Positions 21,212 through 31,984 are shown, counted from the first letter of the stretch. The stretch: DNA of 64,000 bases from Bacteroidota bacterium (GCA_023251555.1 JAHEYN010000008.1:11535-75534); one strand, 5' to 3'. The notes: generated by a model from the sequence alone, not told the origin. Numbers and translations: made by a program.

Positions 21212-24200
21212 ATGAGAAAACTTATCATAACCATCCTGCTCGCTTCAGGCTGCATCAGCAGTTTCGCGCAGCCCTACCGGAATGAGTGGATAAACTTCTC
21301 TTCCCAGTTTCCGTATTCCATGCAGCAATACTTCAAGATGCAGGTTTACAAACGGGGTATTTACAGGATCGACACTGCAGCATTGCTCCTTTCCAATATT
21401 CCATACTCTACTGTGAACCCGGCCAATTTCCAGGTTTTCTTCCAGGGATCAGAGCAGCGTATCTATGTGCAGAACAATGGGAACCCTTCGAAACTGGACG
21501 GGGATGACTTTATAGAATTCTATGCAGATAAAAATAATGGCAAACTGGACGCTGATTTATACAAAAGAGACAGTGCAGGATACTATGTCAATGATCCTTC
21601 CCTGCTTCCCAACCCTTACAGCAGCCTTTTCTCCGATACTGCCATCTATTACCTAACCTGGGGTAACTCTCCCGGCCTCCGGCTTACACTGGAAACCGAC
21701 TCCAACTACACCGGGACGCCCTCTGCTTATTTTACCTGCGAGGTGCTTCACCAGTACCTTGAAAATTATTTCCCGGGAAAGCCCAGCTCCGTGGGATCAT
21801 ACGATCCTGACTATACCGAAGGCGAAGGCTGGTTCAGCTGGGATATTTTCAAAGGAGGGGCCAAAGGCGACGGATATCTTGATTCAAGAAATGCATACGC
21901 ATCGGGGCCGGACGCATCCTTCTCTACTGTAGTCGTCGGGGCATCAAGCGATGGCTTTAACCCCGACCACCACCTCGTCATTGATGTGCTCCCCAATAAT
22001 GCCACCCCCGCAAGTTTTACCTATAATGCATATTATGATGGTTACGTTGCAAAAAAAATTGACTTCACCCTTCCCGTATCCAAGCTCGGCTCATGGAACA
22101 CCGGCATTACCTGGAGCGCACAGGGAAGCGGGAATGTTGATCGCAACGGCATTGCATATGCATTGCTGAAATACCCGCACACTTACGATTTGGAAGGAGA
22201 CAGCACTTTCCGCATGCTCATCCCCAACAGCACACAGGTCAAAACCTATCTTGTTATTACAGACTTTACAGCGGGAGGACAAGTGCCAGTTCTCTATGAC
22301 CTCACCAACGGGAAAAGAATAAAAACATTCCTCAGCGGCAACACTATAAGGGCACTGGTGCCCAATCCTTCTTCCTCAGGTGATAAAGAGTGTTACATCT
22401 CCGGCGAAAATGCCATAAACCGTGTTAGCTTCCTGAAACCTGTGAATGATGACCCTGCCTTTTACGGTAAGTTTATCAACTATGAATACCTTGGCCTGAC
22501 CACCCAACCGGACTATCTCATAGTAACCCCTCGTATGTTCTGGGCAGAAGCAAACGCATACAAGGCCCACCGGAGTTCAACTGCCGGAGGGGGACACAGC
22601 GTCGTGGTGGCTGACATCAATGAACTTTACGACCAGTTTTCCTGGGGAACTCCCAAGCACCCCCTCTCCATAAAGAATTTTGCCAACTTCTGCCTTGACA
22701 AGTGGGCAAGTCCTCCCAAACACATGCTCCTGCTTGGCAAGTCGCTGAATTCAAACTATATACGAAACGATGCCTCCTACTTTGAAATGGACGTAGTCCC
22801 GACCTATGGCTATCCTGCCTCTGACCAGCTCCTGACCTCAGGACTGAACGGAACCCTTTACGAACCGGCAATTGCCACGGGGAGAGTTTCTGCAAAAACT
22901 CCTTCCGAAGCAGGATGGTACCTCCAGAAAGTCATTGAGTACGAAAGCAACAAACCGGCAGAATGGATGAAACGGTGTATAAACTTCTGCGGAGGAGAAA
23001 CAGGAGGGCAAAACAACCTGCTATGCTCTTACCTGCATGAATTTGAAGACACCCTTGAAGGACAATTCTTTGGGGCAGAGGTGATTACTTTCTCCAAAAG
23101 CAGCACGGCCCCTATACAGCTTAACTTGTCTGATTCCCTGAAAAAACTGATAGAAGGCGGAGTGTCGATCATGCAGTTCTTCGGGCACTCTTCTGCGACA
23201 GGGTTTGACCAGAGCATTGATGCCCCTGAAGCCTACAACAACTACGGCAAGTATCCCCTCATCGTTTCTTACGGTTGTTTTTCAGGAGATATTCATACCC
23301 TTATCAACAGCCTCAGTGAACAGTTTGTTCTTTTACAAAACAAGGGTTCAATAGGATTTATTGCCGGCACAACCTTGGGGCTTGTAAACGAGCTCCACTC
23401 CTTCGGCACATACCTTAACAGCAACATCTCGAGGGTAAGTTACGGGCAAAGCATCGGCACCTGCATGAAGAACACTATCAAAAGCTATGAGTCCATGTCG
23501 CCGACCGAATTATATCATAAGATCACCTCCCTCACCATGACCCTTCACGGCGACCCGGGAGTTATCATTAATTCATTCCCAAAACCCGACCTTACCATTA
23601 CCCAGCCTGATATCTTCTGCACTACAGTTGATGGTTCTTCCGGTGAAATAACTACCATAATGGATAGCATGATGCTGCATATTACCTGCACTAACATAGG
23701 TAAAGTGGCCGTGGATTCATTTGATGTCAGCATCGTAAGAACATACCCGGACGGGGATCAGGCCAGCTACAAAAGGCGCATGCCTCCTGCCGCTTTTAAA
23801 AGTTACTTAACTATCGTTCTGCCCGTGGACAAAAGCCTGGGGGCAGGACTTAACACCTTCGATGTAACGGTCGACTCCGGGCAGGAGATAGATGAAATAG
23901 ACGAAGGAAACAATAAGGCTACCATACAAGTTCTCATCAAGTCAGATGACGTTTACCCGGTTTATCCTTATCGTTATGCCATTGTGCCCAATAATACCGT
24001 TACGCTGAAAGCAAGCACCTCCGACCCTTTTGCACCTGAGAAATCATACACATTTCAGATTGACACTACAGACCAGTTTAATGTGCTTGCCGCCCAAACG
24101 ATTTCCCAGAAAGGCGGAGTGCTGAGCTGGGTTCCGCCTCTGGTGCTGCAGGACAGCACCGTTTATTACTGGAGGATAAGTGTATCCGGAAGCAACGAGT

Positions 24201-26350
24201 GGAAAGAAAGTTCTTTTATATACATACCCGGCAAAACAGGCTGGTCGCAGGCTCATTTCCCCCAGTTCACAAAAGGGGATAAATACAAATATGTAAACGC
24301 TAACAAGAATACGCGCAAGTTTGAGTTCGTGGATGATATAAAGGCTATTAAAGCCAACACATTCAAGGACTCGTACTGGTCACCCCAGCCAGGGCACGAA
24401 GAGGACTGGGTCAGCAAGATGACCCTGGCTTCCAATGATGACATTCTTGGAGCGGGTGCATGCACCAACAACCTGAACATAGGGGTCATAGATTCCTCCA
24501 CGGGAGAGGCCTGGTCAAGCTACAAAGATGCCGGGGGACCCGGCCTGGGACAATTCGGAGACATTCACTGCTCCTCAAATCAGGAAGTGACGGTTTTCTG
24601 TTTTAACACGGAAACCCAGGCCGACAGGGATACTATCAGGAGCTTCCTTAACCAGATACCCTGCGGGTTTAAAGTTATCGTGTACAGCGTGGATAAACAC
24701 TATGCTGACTCATTCGACCTGCAGCTCATAGGAGCCTTCAACACTATCGGAAGCAAGATGAGCCAATCATATATTGCCGACTCCCTCCACAGCGACACAC
24801 CCTTCATTATTATCGGTGAAAAATGCGCCCCACAGGGCAGTGCGCTCGAAATAGTTGCAGACTCCCTCTCCCAGTTTATTGAAATTAAGTCATCCATGAC
24901 CGTTCACTGGAAATACGGGGCCATCTATTCCGAAACAATAGGGCCTGCTTCCAAATGGGGTTCCCTGCACTGGAGAGCGACAAGCGACAACAATGACACC
25001 ATAACACTGAACATGGTGGGGATACGTAATGACGGGACCGAAAAAATATTTATGGCCAACATTCCAAGGGCCCCGGGATACATGGATATATACAGCCTCG
25101 ACACCCTCATTGATGCCGCCACTTATCCATATATGCGCCTCGAAGCTTATGTCAGGGATGCAACACTCAGAACCCCGCCCCAGCTCGGGAAGTGGCAGAT
25201 TTATTTCGACGGTGTTCCCGAAGTCGCCATCAACCCGAATATCTATTCCTATTTTGTAAATAACGTGGAACATGGCGACAGCATCCGTTTTGAAACGGCA
25301 ATAGAAAATATCAGTGACTATCCGATGGACAGCATGAACGTGGATTTCTGGATCGATGACGAGAACAGGGACAGGCACTATTATCCCATGAAGGGAAAAC
25401 TTGCTCCCCTCCCTGCAGGAGGTTATACCATCGCCAGGTTTGAGTTTAAAACAGACAGTTTCCCGGGCAATAACAACCTCTGGATTGACGCAAACCCCTT
25501 TGACCTGAAAAAGGCTCCCTACAAGGCAAATTATGCCTTATCTCACCGCCACCTCCTTGAGCAGTACCATTTCAACAATATCGCCATAAGGAGTTTTAAT
25601 GTGGGAAGAGACCTGATTAACCCCTTGCTCGATGTAACTTTCGACGGATATCATATTCTCGACGGGGACATCGTTTCAGCCAAGCCCGAAATTGTCATAC
25701 AGCTTACTGATGAAAACAAATTCCTTGCACTGGATGACACCAGCGAGTTTGCAATCTATATCAAGAAAGATAAGGCTTTTGAACAGGATAAACTTTACTT
25801 CGAAAAAGTGCAGGACATAAAATCCGACCGCACAAGGATGAAGTGGAGCAAAGCTTCTCTCCCGCAAAACCGCTTTCATATCGAATATTCCCCTGTGCTG
25901 GAAGACGGGGTGTATGAACTCTATGTACAGGCGAAAGACAAATCCAATAATCTTTCCGGGGCATCGGAATATAAGGTCAGCTTCGAAGTTATCAACAAAC
26001 CGACGATCACCGAAGTCCTGAATTATCCGAACCCTTTCTCCACTTCAACAAAATTTGCCTTTGTTCTGACCGGCTCTGAAGTGCCTACAGATTTCAAAAT
26101 ACAGATTCTGACACCCACAGGCAGAATTGTAAAGGAGATCGGGAGATCTGAAATCGGCAACCTCAGGATAGGCAGGAATGTAACTGATTATGCCTGGGAC
26201 GGGAAAGACGAGTTCGGCGATCAGCTTGCCAACGGCATTTATTTCTACCGTGTTCTCAGCAGGCTGAACGGGGAAACCCTCGACAAACGCAACTCGGATG
26301 CAGACGCCTTCTTCAAAAACGGATGGGGCAAGATGTACCTGATGAGGTAA
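21212..26350 (+). CDS. C25 (gingipain-clan) peptidase, PorU-like putative T9SS sortase (PorU2-like)
   Basis: DYLIVT, ELYDQFSWG, GRVSA, FFGHS (His), YGCFSG (Cys), LHGDP, Ig/CARDB domains, NYPNPF...WDGKD CTD. Confidence 0.85.
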   Translation: MRKLIITILLASGCISSFAQPYRNEWINFSSQFPYSMQQYFKMQVYKRGIYRIDTAALLLSNIPYSTVNPANFQVFFQGSEQRIYVQNNGNPSKLDGDDFIEFYADKNNGKLDADLYKRDSAGYYVNDPSLLPNPYSSLFSDTAIYYLTWGNSPGLRLTLETDSNYTGTPSAYFTCEVLHQYLENYFPGKPSSVGSYDPDYTEGEGWFSWDIFKGGAKGDGYLDSRNAYASGPDASFSTVVVGASSDGFNPDHHLVIDVLPNNATPASFTYNAYYDGYVAKKIDFTLPVSKLGSWNTGITWSAQGSGNVDRNGIAYALLKYPHTYDLEGDSTFRMLIPNSTQVKTYLVITDFTAGGQVPVLYDLTNGKRIKTFLSGNTIRALVPNPSSSGDKECYISGENAINRVSFLKPVNDDPAFYGKFINYEYLGLTTQPDYLIVTPRMFWAEANAYKAHRSSTAGGGHSVVVADINELYDQFSWGTPKHPLSIKNFANFCLDKWASPPKHMLLLGKSLNSNYIRNDASYFEMDVVPTYGYPASDQLLTSGLNGTLYEPAIATGRVSAKTPSEAGWYLQKVIEYESNKPAEWMKRCINFCGGETGGQNNLLCSYLHEFEDTLEGQFFGAEVITFSKSSTAPIQLNLSDSLKKLIEGGVSIMQFFGHSSATGFDQSIDAPEAYNNYGKYPLIVSYGCFSGDIHTLINSLSEQFVLLQNKGSIGFIAGTTLGLVNELHSFGTYLNSNISRVSYGQSIGTCMKNTIKSYESMSPTELYHKITSLTMTLHGDPGVIINSFPKPDLTITQPDIFCTTVDGSSGEITTIMDSMMLHITCTNIGKVAVDSFDVSIVRTYPDGDQASYKRRMPPAAFKSYLTIVLPVDKSLGAGLNTFDVTVDSGQEIDEIDEGNNKATIQVLIKSDDVYPVYPYRYAIVPNNTVTLKASTSDPFAPEKSYTFQIDTTDQFNVLAAQTISQKGGVLSWVPPLVLQDSTVYYWRISVSGSNEWKESSFIYIPGKTGWSQAHFPQFTKGDKYKYVNANKNTRKFEFVDDIKAIKANTFKDSYWSPQPGHEEDWVSKMTLASNDDILGAGACTNNLNIGVIDSSTGEAWSSYKDAGGPGLGQFGDIHCSSNQEVTVFCFNTETQADRDTIRSFLNQIPCGFKVIVYSVDKHYADSFDLQLIGAFNTIGSKMSQSYIADSLHSDTPFIIIGEKCAPQGSALEIVADSLSQFIEIKSSMTVHWKYGAIYSETIGPASKWGSLHWRATSDNNDTITLNMVGIRNDGTEKIFMANIPRAPGYMDIYSLDTLIDAATYPYMRLEAYVRDATLRTPPQLGKWQIYFDGVPEVAINPNIYSYFVNNVEHGDSIRFETAIENISDYPMDSMNVDFWIDDENRDRHYYPMKGKLAPLPAGGYTIARFEFKTDSFPGNNNLWIDANPFDLKKAPYKANYALSHRHLLEQYHFNNIAIRSFNVGRDLINPLLDVTFDGYHILDGDIVSAKPEIVIQLTDENKFLALDDTSEFAIYIKKDKAFEQDKLYFEKVQDIKSDRTRMKWSKASLPQNRFHIEYSPVLEDGVYELYVQAKDKSNNLSGASEYKVSFEVINKPTITEVLNYPNPFSTSTKFAFVLTGSEVPTDFKIQILTPTGRIVKEIGRSEIGNLRIGRNVTDYAWDGKDEFGDQLANGIYFYRVLSRLNGETLDKRNSDADAFFKNGWGKMYLMR

Positions 26351-26367
26351 GCCATAGCTTCAGTGTT

Positions 26368-26402
26368 AAAAATCCTCCCCGGAACCGGGGAGGATTTTTT
26401 TT
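26368..26402 (+). terminator. Rho-independent terminator
   Basis: AAAAATCCTCCCCGG-AA-CCGGGGAGGATTTTT followed by a T-run. Confidence 0.9.
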
Positions 26403-26456
26403 GCCCCAGGGTTTTTATTTCGTCCGGAAATACCATTTACTTTGCAACACTCTATT

Positions 26457-28061
26457 ATGAAAAAAGACACCCTCAAAAGGCTTGTGCTGGCAACTGGTTC
26501 AGGATTGATCCTTTCCGCTGCCTGGCCGCCTTACGGCTTTTCCCCACTCCTGCTCTTCGCCTTTATTCCTCTCCTGTGGATGGAAGAAGATTATCAGGGA
26601 AATTCCCGGGTGCGATTTTCTTTCCTGGTTTATTTTTCATTTTTTATATGGAACCTGCTGACTTCATGGTGGATTTACAAGGCAACACTCTTCGGTGCTG
26701 CAATGGCCATTGTGTGCAATGCCCTGTTCATGACTGCGGTATTTCTCCTGTTTCACGGCATCAAAAAAAGATGGGGGCACATCACAGGATACACAAGCCT
26801 TATCGCTGGCTGGATCAGTTTCGAGTACCTTCATCTCAACTGGGACCTTTCCTGGCCCTGGCTCACACTGGGCAATGGCTTTTCCTCTTCTTACAAACTT
26901 GTCCAGTGGTATGAATATACAGGTGTCCTCGGCGGAAGTGCATGGATTCTCATCGTAAACATTCTGATCTTTCAACTTCTCCGGGAACGAATCCGCGATC
27001 GCCGGAAAATACATAGACCGCTATTGTTCTGTACCCTGGTACTTATCTTCTTTCCCATGATTTTTTCCCTTGCCCTTTACAGCAACTACAGGGAAAAGCC
27101 CAATCCCGTGGACATCATCGTTGTGCAGCCCAATATTGACCCTTATACAGAAAAGTTTTCGGGCCCTGTGGATGAACAGATGGCGAAACTCCTGCATCTT
27201 GCATCAACACAAACAGATTCCTCGGCAGATTACATCATATGCCCTGAAACAGCACTGCCGGCAGGAATATGGGAAAATAACATGAGCGAAGACAATAACA
27301 TCGGCATTATCAGGCAATTCATCAGGTCTTACCCAAAACTTAAATTTATATGCGGGCTCTCCTCCTACCGCCTGTATAAAAAAGGAGAACAACATTCTGT
27401 CACTGCACGCAGGTTTACACGCGATGAAGGCTACTATGATGCCTACAACTCATCCATGCAGATTGACAGTAGTCCCCGCATACAGATTTACCATAAATCA
27501 AAACTGGTACCAGGGGTAGAAAAAATGCCTTACCCCGCGCTGTTCGGATTTCTTGAAAGATATGCCATTGACATGGGCGGAATGTCAGGAAGCCTGGGAA
27601 ACCAGAACGAAAGAACGGTATTTATATCTCCCGGGGACCCCGTTAAAATCGGCACTGCCATCTGTTATGAATCTGTGTACGGTGAATTCTTCGGGGAATA
27701 CGTGAAAAAGGGCGCAACTCTCATGAGCATTATTACCAATGACGGATGGTGGGGCGACACTCCCGGATACAGGCAGCATCTCTCCTATGCCCGGCTGCGT
27801 GCAATTGAAACAAGGAGATCCATCGCACGGTCTGCAAACACCGGGATCTCCTGCTTTATCAACCAGAGAGGGGATATCTCCATGTCCACCGGATGGTGGA
27901 AACCCGCCGTGATCAGGGGAAGCCTCAATGCCAGCGACAGGGTAACCTTTTATGCCAGGTGGGGAGATTACCCCGGCCGGCTGTCAATTCTTGCATCCAT
28001 TGCAGTATTGTTGCGTATTTTTATACTGAAAATAAAAAGAAAATATGATGGAAAAATATGA
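26457..28061 (+). CDS. lnt: Apolipoprotein N-acyltransferase
   Basis: VQPNI, PETA, HKSKLVPGVE, ICYES, TNDGWW, RAIETRR, ANTGIS. Confidence 0.95.
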   Translation: MKKDTLKRLVLATGSGLILSAAWPPYGFSPLLLFAFIPLLWMEEDYQGNSRVRFSFLVYFSFFIWNLLTSWWIYKATLFGAAMAIVCNALFMTAVFLLFHGIKKRWGHITGYTSLIAGWISFEYLHLNWDLSWPWLTLGNGFSSSYKLVQWYEYTGVLGGSAWILIVNILIFQLLRERIRDRRKIHRPLLFCTLVLIFFPMIFSLALYSNYREKPNPVDIIVVQPNIDPYTEKFSGPVDEQMAKLLHLASTQTDSSADYIICPETALPAGIWENNMSEDNNIGIIRQFIRSYPKLKFICGLSSYRLYKKGEQHSVTARRFTRDEGYYDAYNSSMQIDSSPRIQIYHKSKLVPGVEKMPYPALFGFLERYAIDMGGMSGSLGNQNERTVFISPGDPVKIGTAICYESVYGEFFGEYVKKGATLMSIITNDGWWGDTPGYRQHLSYARLRAIETRRSIARSANTGISCFINQRGDISMSTGWWKPAVIRGSLNASDRVTFYARWGDYPGRLSILASIAVLLRIFILKIKRKYDGKI

Positions 28062-29451
28062 TATCACCGTCATCGGGGCAGGGCCCGGAGGTTATGTGGC
28101 AGCCATTCGTTGTGCACAGCTCGGAATGAAAACTGCCATCATTGAACGCTACCCCACCCCTGGCGGCACCTGCCTGAATGTAGGCTGCATACCATCAAAG
28201 ACACTTCTTGATTCCACTGAACATTTTTTTAATGCCAAACATCATTTCGAAAAACACGGGATTCTGCTTAGCGATCTCAGGGCAGACCTTGGCAAAATGA
28301 TGAAAAGGAAAGAAGATGTTATCAGGCAGACTGCTGCCGGCATTTCTTTCCTGATAAAGAAAAACAAGATAACCCTGTACCATGGCCATGCATCTTTTGA
28401 ATCAAAAAATATTATTACAATACTGGCAGGAAACGGGGAACAATTGAAGATTGAATCCGCGAAAACCATTATTGCAACAGGATCCAAGCCATCCTGCCCC
28501 CATGGAATAATTCTGGATAAAGAAAGAATCATCACTTCAACAGAAGCTCTGGGCCTCGGGGAAATTCCCTCCCATCTCCTCGTTATCGGTGGCGGAGCCA
28601 TTGGGCTGGAGCTTGGATCGGTATTCGCCCGTCTTGGAGCAAAAGTAACTGTCATTGAATTTCTTGATTCCCTGATTCCGGCTATGGACAGGTCATTAGG
28701 AAAGGAGCTGGAGAAGATCCTGAAAAAAGAAGGATTGGACTTTTACCTCGGCCATCGTGTAAAAAACCTGAAAACAGAAAAAGAAAAAGTTCTGCTCGAA
28801 GCAGAGGACAGCAAAGGGCAAACCATTACCCTTCAGGGAGATTATTGCCTTGTAGCAACGGGAAGAAAGCCCTATACCGAAAAACTCGGCCTCGAAAAAG
28901 CAGGAATAAAGCAGGATGAAAAAGGAAGAATTATTACCAATAAACATCTTGAAACTGATGCGCCCGGTATCTATGCCATAGGAGATGTTGTTGCTGGTCC
29001 CATGCTGGCGCATAAAGCCGAAGAAGAAGGCGTTTATGTGGCAGAACACATTGCAGGACAGAAGCCGCATATTAATTACAACCTCATCCCGGGAGTCGTA
29101 TACACATGGCCGGAAGTGGCATCCGCAGGGAAATCCGAGGAAGAACTGAAAGCATCAGGAACAGCATACCGGTCGGGATCTTTCCCGTTCAGGGCCAGCG
29201 GGAGAGCCCGGGCAAGCATGGATACAGACGGTTTTGTGAAGATATTGTCCGATGCCAGGACCGATGAAATTCTGGGGGTGCACATGATCGGCCCCCGTGC
29301 AGCAGATATGATTTCTGAAGCCGTCGTCGCCATGGAGTACAGGGCATCTGCGGAAGATATTGCCCGTATCTGCCACGCACACCCCACCTTCTCAGAGGCT
29401 ATAAAAGAAGCTGCGCTTGATGCGTCTGCAAAACGCGCAATTCACCTGTAA
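28045..29451 (+). CDS. lpdA: Dihydrolipoyl dehydrogenase
   Basis: GAGPGG, GGTCLNVGCIPSK, HAHPTFSE. Confidence 0.97.
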   Translation: MMEKYDITVIGAGPGGYVAAIRCAQLGMKTAIIERYPTPGGTCLNVGCIPSKTLLDSTEHFFNAKHHFEKHGILLSDLRADLGKMMKRKEDVIRQTAAGISFLIKKNKITLYHGHASFESKNIITILAGNGEQLKIESAKTIIATGSKPSCPHGIILDKERIITSTEALGLGEIPSHLLVIGGGAIGLELGSVFARLGAKVTVIEFLDSLIPAMDRSLGKELEKILKKEGLDFYLGHRVKNLKTEKEKVLLEAEDSKGQTITLQGDYCLVATGRKPYTEKLGLEKAGIKQDEKGRIITNKHLETDAPGIYAIGDVVAGPMLAHKAEEEGVYVAEHIAGQKPHINYNLIPGVVYTWPEVASAGKSEEELKASGTAYRSGSFPFRASGRARASMDTDGFVKILSDARTDEILGVHMIGPRAADMISEAVVAMEYRASAEDIARICHAHPTFSEAIKEAALDASAKRAIHL

Positions 29452-29455
29452 CCTC

Positions 29456-30475
29456 ATGAAAAAAGGCGTCCTTCTTGTAAACCTCGGAACCCCGGACAGC
29501 CCTTCGGTGAAGGATGTCAGGAAGTACCTCACACAATTTCTCAATGATCCGCGGGTGATTGACATTCCGGCAATTGCAAGATTTTTCCTGGTTAACTTCA
29601 TTATCGTTCCTTTCCGGGCGCCGAAATCTGCCGCCCTTTACAAGAAAATATGGACACCCGAAGGCTCTCCCCTCCTGACTCACGGGAAAAAGATAAAAAA
29701 TCTCCTCCGGCAAAGCCTCGGCGGGAAGTATAGCGTAGAGCTCGGTATGCGGTACGGAAACCCGTCCATTGAAGATGCTCTTGACATCCTCAAAAATAAA
29801 AAAGTTGAACACATCATCATTATCCCGCTATATCCACAGTATGCTTCTTCCAGCACAGGATCCACGATGGAAGAAATTTTCCGTATAATGAAAACATGGG
29901 AAGTGGTGCCTTCCTTTACCGTCAGCGGCCCGTTTTACAATAACCCTTTATTCATTGAAGCCTTTGCAAGACGTGCAGAGCAGTGCATACCCGCATCTTA
30001 TGACCATATCCTTTTCAGCTATCACGGCCTGCCGGAGAGGCATATTATTAAAGCCTCCGCTGAAATGGGATCCTCCTGCACACTATCACAGGCATGCTGC
30101 TCATCAATCAACGAAAACAATCACTCCTGTTACCGCGCCGCCTGTTACGAAACCACCCGGCTGATAGCAGAAAGACTGAAACTGACCTCCGGAAGTTACA
30201 GCGTGAGTTTCCAGTCAAGACTCGGCAAAGAGCCATGGATAAAACCATACACCGAAGAAATAGTGAAAGAAAAAGCCCGTCAGGGTATAAAACGGATGCT
30301 GGTCATTGCCCCTGCCTTCGTGGCCGACTGCCTTGAAACACTTTATGAGATCGGGGTGGAGTACGATGTACTTTTCAGGGAACATGGAGGGGAAAAACTG
30401 CAGATGGCTGAAAGCCTCAATGATCACCCGGCCTGGGTTGAGGCGCTTAAATCAATGGTTCTGAAATCCTCTTAA
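29456..30475 (+). CDS. hemH: Ferrochelatase
   Basis: LLVNLGTP, MRYGNPS, PLYPQYA, FSYHGLP, FQSRLG, DCLETLYE. Confidence 0.96.
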   Translation: MKKGVLLVNLGTPDSPSVKDVRKYLTQFLNDPRVIDIPAIARFFLVNFIIVPFRAPKSAALYKKIWTPEGSPLLTHGKKIKNLLRQSLGGKYSVELGMRYGNPSIEDALDILKNKKVEHIIIIPLYPQYASSSTGSTMEEIFRIMKTWEVVPSFTVSGPFYNNPLFIEAFARRAEQCIPASYDHILFSYHGLPERHIIKASAEMGSSCTLSQACCSSINENNHSCYRAACYETTRLIAERLKLTSGSYSVSFQSRLGKEPWIKPYTEEIVKEKARQGIKRMLVIAPAFVADCLETLYEIGVEYDVLFREHGGEKLQMAESLNDHPAWVEALKSMVLKSS

Positions 30476-30477
30476 AC

Positions 30478-31773
30478 ATGAGGGAGAAAAAAAGCTACTC
30501 ACACAGGGATCCCCTCTTCAAAAGAAAATTCCTGCAGTGGGCTTCCCGATATGAGCGGTTTTGTTTCCTGGACAACAACGGATACAGCCACAGGCAATAC
30601 CACAGCCATAAATGCATTGCCGGCCTCGGGAGCATTAAAGAGTTTACAATCCGAAGTGTCGCAGATATTGATAAATGCAGGAGATTCATTAATGTCAGCA
30701 GTGACTGGCTGTTCGCAGCCATCAGCTATGACATGAAAAACATTTTTGAATCGCTTACTTCCGGGAACCCTGACTTTTGCGGATTTCCCCTGCTCCATTT
30801 ATTTTGTCCGGAGTTAATTTTTGAAATAAGCGATGAAAGCGTTTCCGTTCTTTTTTTTCCCGGCCCCGGTGCAGAGAAGCAGTCGGATAAAGTTGTTGCA
30901 GAAATATTGTCAACTCCGCTGCACGGGAGCATATCAGATAAAATCCCTGTCCGGAGCCGTATCACCAGGGAAGACTACATTGAAACTGTTGCTGCCATAA
31001 AAAATCATATCCGGCAGGGAGATTGTTATGAGCTGAACTATTGCCAGGAGTTTTTCTCTGAAGATGCAGTACTTAGTCCCCATGCCGTATTTGATGCGCT
31101 AAACCGTTATTCACCGGCGCCTTTCGCAGGCTTTTACAGGCTTGGAGAGCATTACCTCATGTGTTCCAGCCCGGAAAGGTTCCTCAGGAAAGAAGGAGTG
31201 AAAATTATTTCGCAGCCAGTAAAAGGAACCATCCGGAGAGGCGGCAGTCCGGATGAGGATGAGATGCTCCGCACCCTGCTCCTCAATGATCCGAAAGAGC
31301 GGGCAGAAAATGTGATGATTGTTGACCTGGTGCGCAATGACCTTTCGCGTATCTCTGTCCCGGGAAGCGTGGAAGCCGAGGAATTGTTCGGGGTCTACAC
31401 TTTCGGCCAGGTGCACCAGATGATCTCCACTGTAATAGGCCGGTTATCCGGAAATCCTGATTTTATAAGCATCCTGTCAGCCGCTTTTCCCATGGGTTCC
31501 ATGACCGGGGCGCCAAAAATAAAAGCTATGGAACTGATTGATCGTTATGAAAACTCCCGGAGAGGTATTTTTTCAGGGGCCGTGGGATACATTAACCCTT
31601 CTGGTGATTTCGACTTTAACGTAGTAATACGGAGCCTCGTGTATAATGCGGGAAGCAGGTACCTTTCTTTCATGACAGGCAGCGCCATCACCTTCAGTTC
31701 CTCTCCCGAAAAGGAATATGAAGAATGCCTGCTTAAAGCCGCCGCGATGAAGCACATACTCGGTAATAACTAA
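30478..31773 (+). CDS. pabB: Aminodeoxychorismate synthase component I (anthranilate synthase I family)
   Basis: SSPERFL, PVKGT, KERAENVMIVDLVRNDL, FPMGSMTGAPK. Confidence 0.9.
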   Translation: MREKKSYSHRDPLFKRKFLQWASRYERFCFLDNNGYSHRQYHSHKCIAGLGSIKEFTIRSVADIDKCRRFINVSSDWLFAAISYDMKNIFESLTSGNPDFCGFPLLHLFCPELIFEISDESVSVLFFPGPGAEKQSDKVVAEILSTPLHGSISDKIPVRSRITREDYIETVAAIKNHIRQGDCYELNYCQEFFSEDAVLSPHAVFDALNRYSPAPFAGFYRLGEHYLMCSSPERFLRKEGVKIISQPVKGTIRRGGSPDEDEMLRTLLLNDPKERAENVMIVDLVRNDLSRISVPGSVEAEELFGVYTFGQVHQMISTVIGRLSGNPDFISILSAAFPMGSMTGAPKIKAMELIDRYENSRRGIFSGAVGYINPSGDFDFNVVIRSLVYNAGSRYLSFMTGSAITFSSSPEKEYEECLLKAAAMKHILGNN

Positions 31774-31804
31774 TGCTCCCCGGCATTTCCTGCTGATGTT
31801 ACAG

Positions 31805-31966
31805 GAAGCCGTCTCAAAAACATGTTCAGGCGTTTTCAAGCATTTTTTCTTCAGGCCAGGCATTTTTAGAAGCCCATACCAGAAGGAGTCTGGGCAATAA
31901 AAATAACGAAGCATGAAGGAAAAAGACGCCAGAAAATCAGGCAAAAGATATTTTTGAGATGGCTTC
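31805..31966. mobile_element. MITE-like non-autonomous element, 162 bp
   Basis: Terminal inverted repeats GAAGCCGTCTCAAAAACAT / ATATTTTTGAGATGGCTTC (17 of 19 match), internal nested dyads, no transposase. Confidence 0.7.
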
Positions 31967-31984
31967 ATATAATTATTATCTTTG
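31953..31984 (+). promoter_or_regulatory. tRNA-Cys promoter (-33 TTTG, -7 TATCTTTG)
   Basis: TTTG 31953-31956, 20-nt spacer, TATCTTTG 31977-31984. Confidence 0.65.

Noticed and set aside
26457-28061. lnt in a Bacteroidota genome
   Set aside because: Gut Bacteroides use Lnb, but Lnt is common in environmental Bacteroidota; the E-K-C triad is ordinary
31573-31968. 131-aa minus-strand ORF across the MITE and pabB end, considered as a transposase remnant
   Set aside because: No DDE or HUH motif; half of it is antisense to pabB
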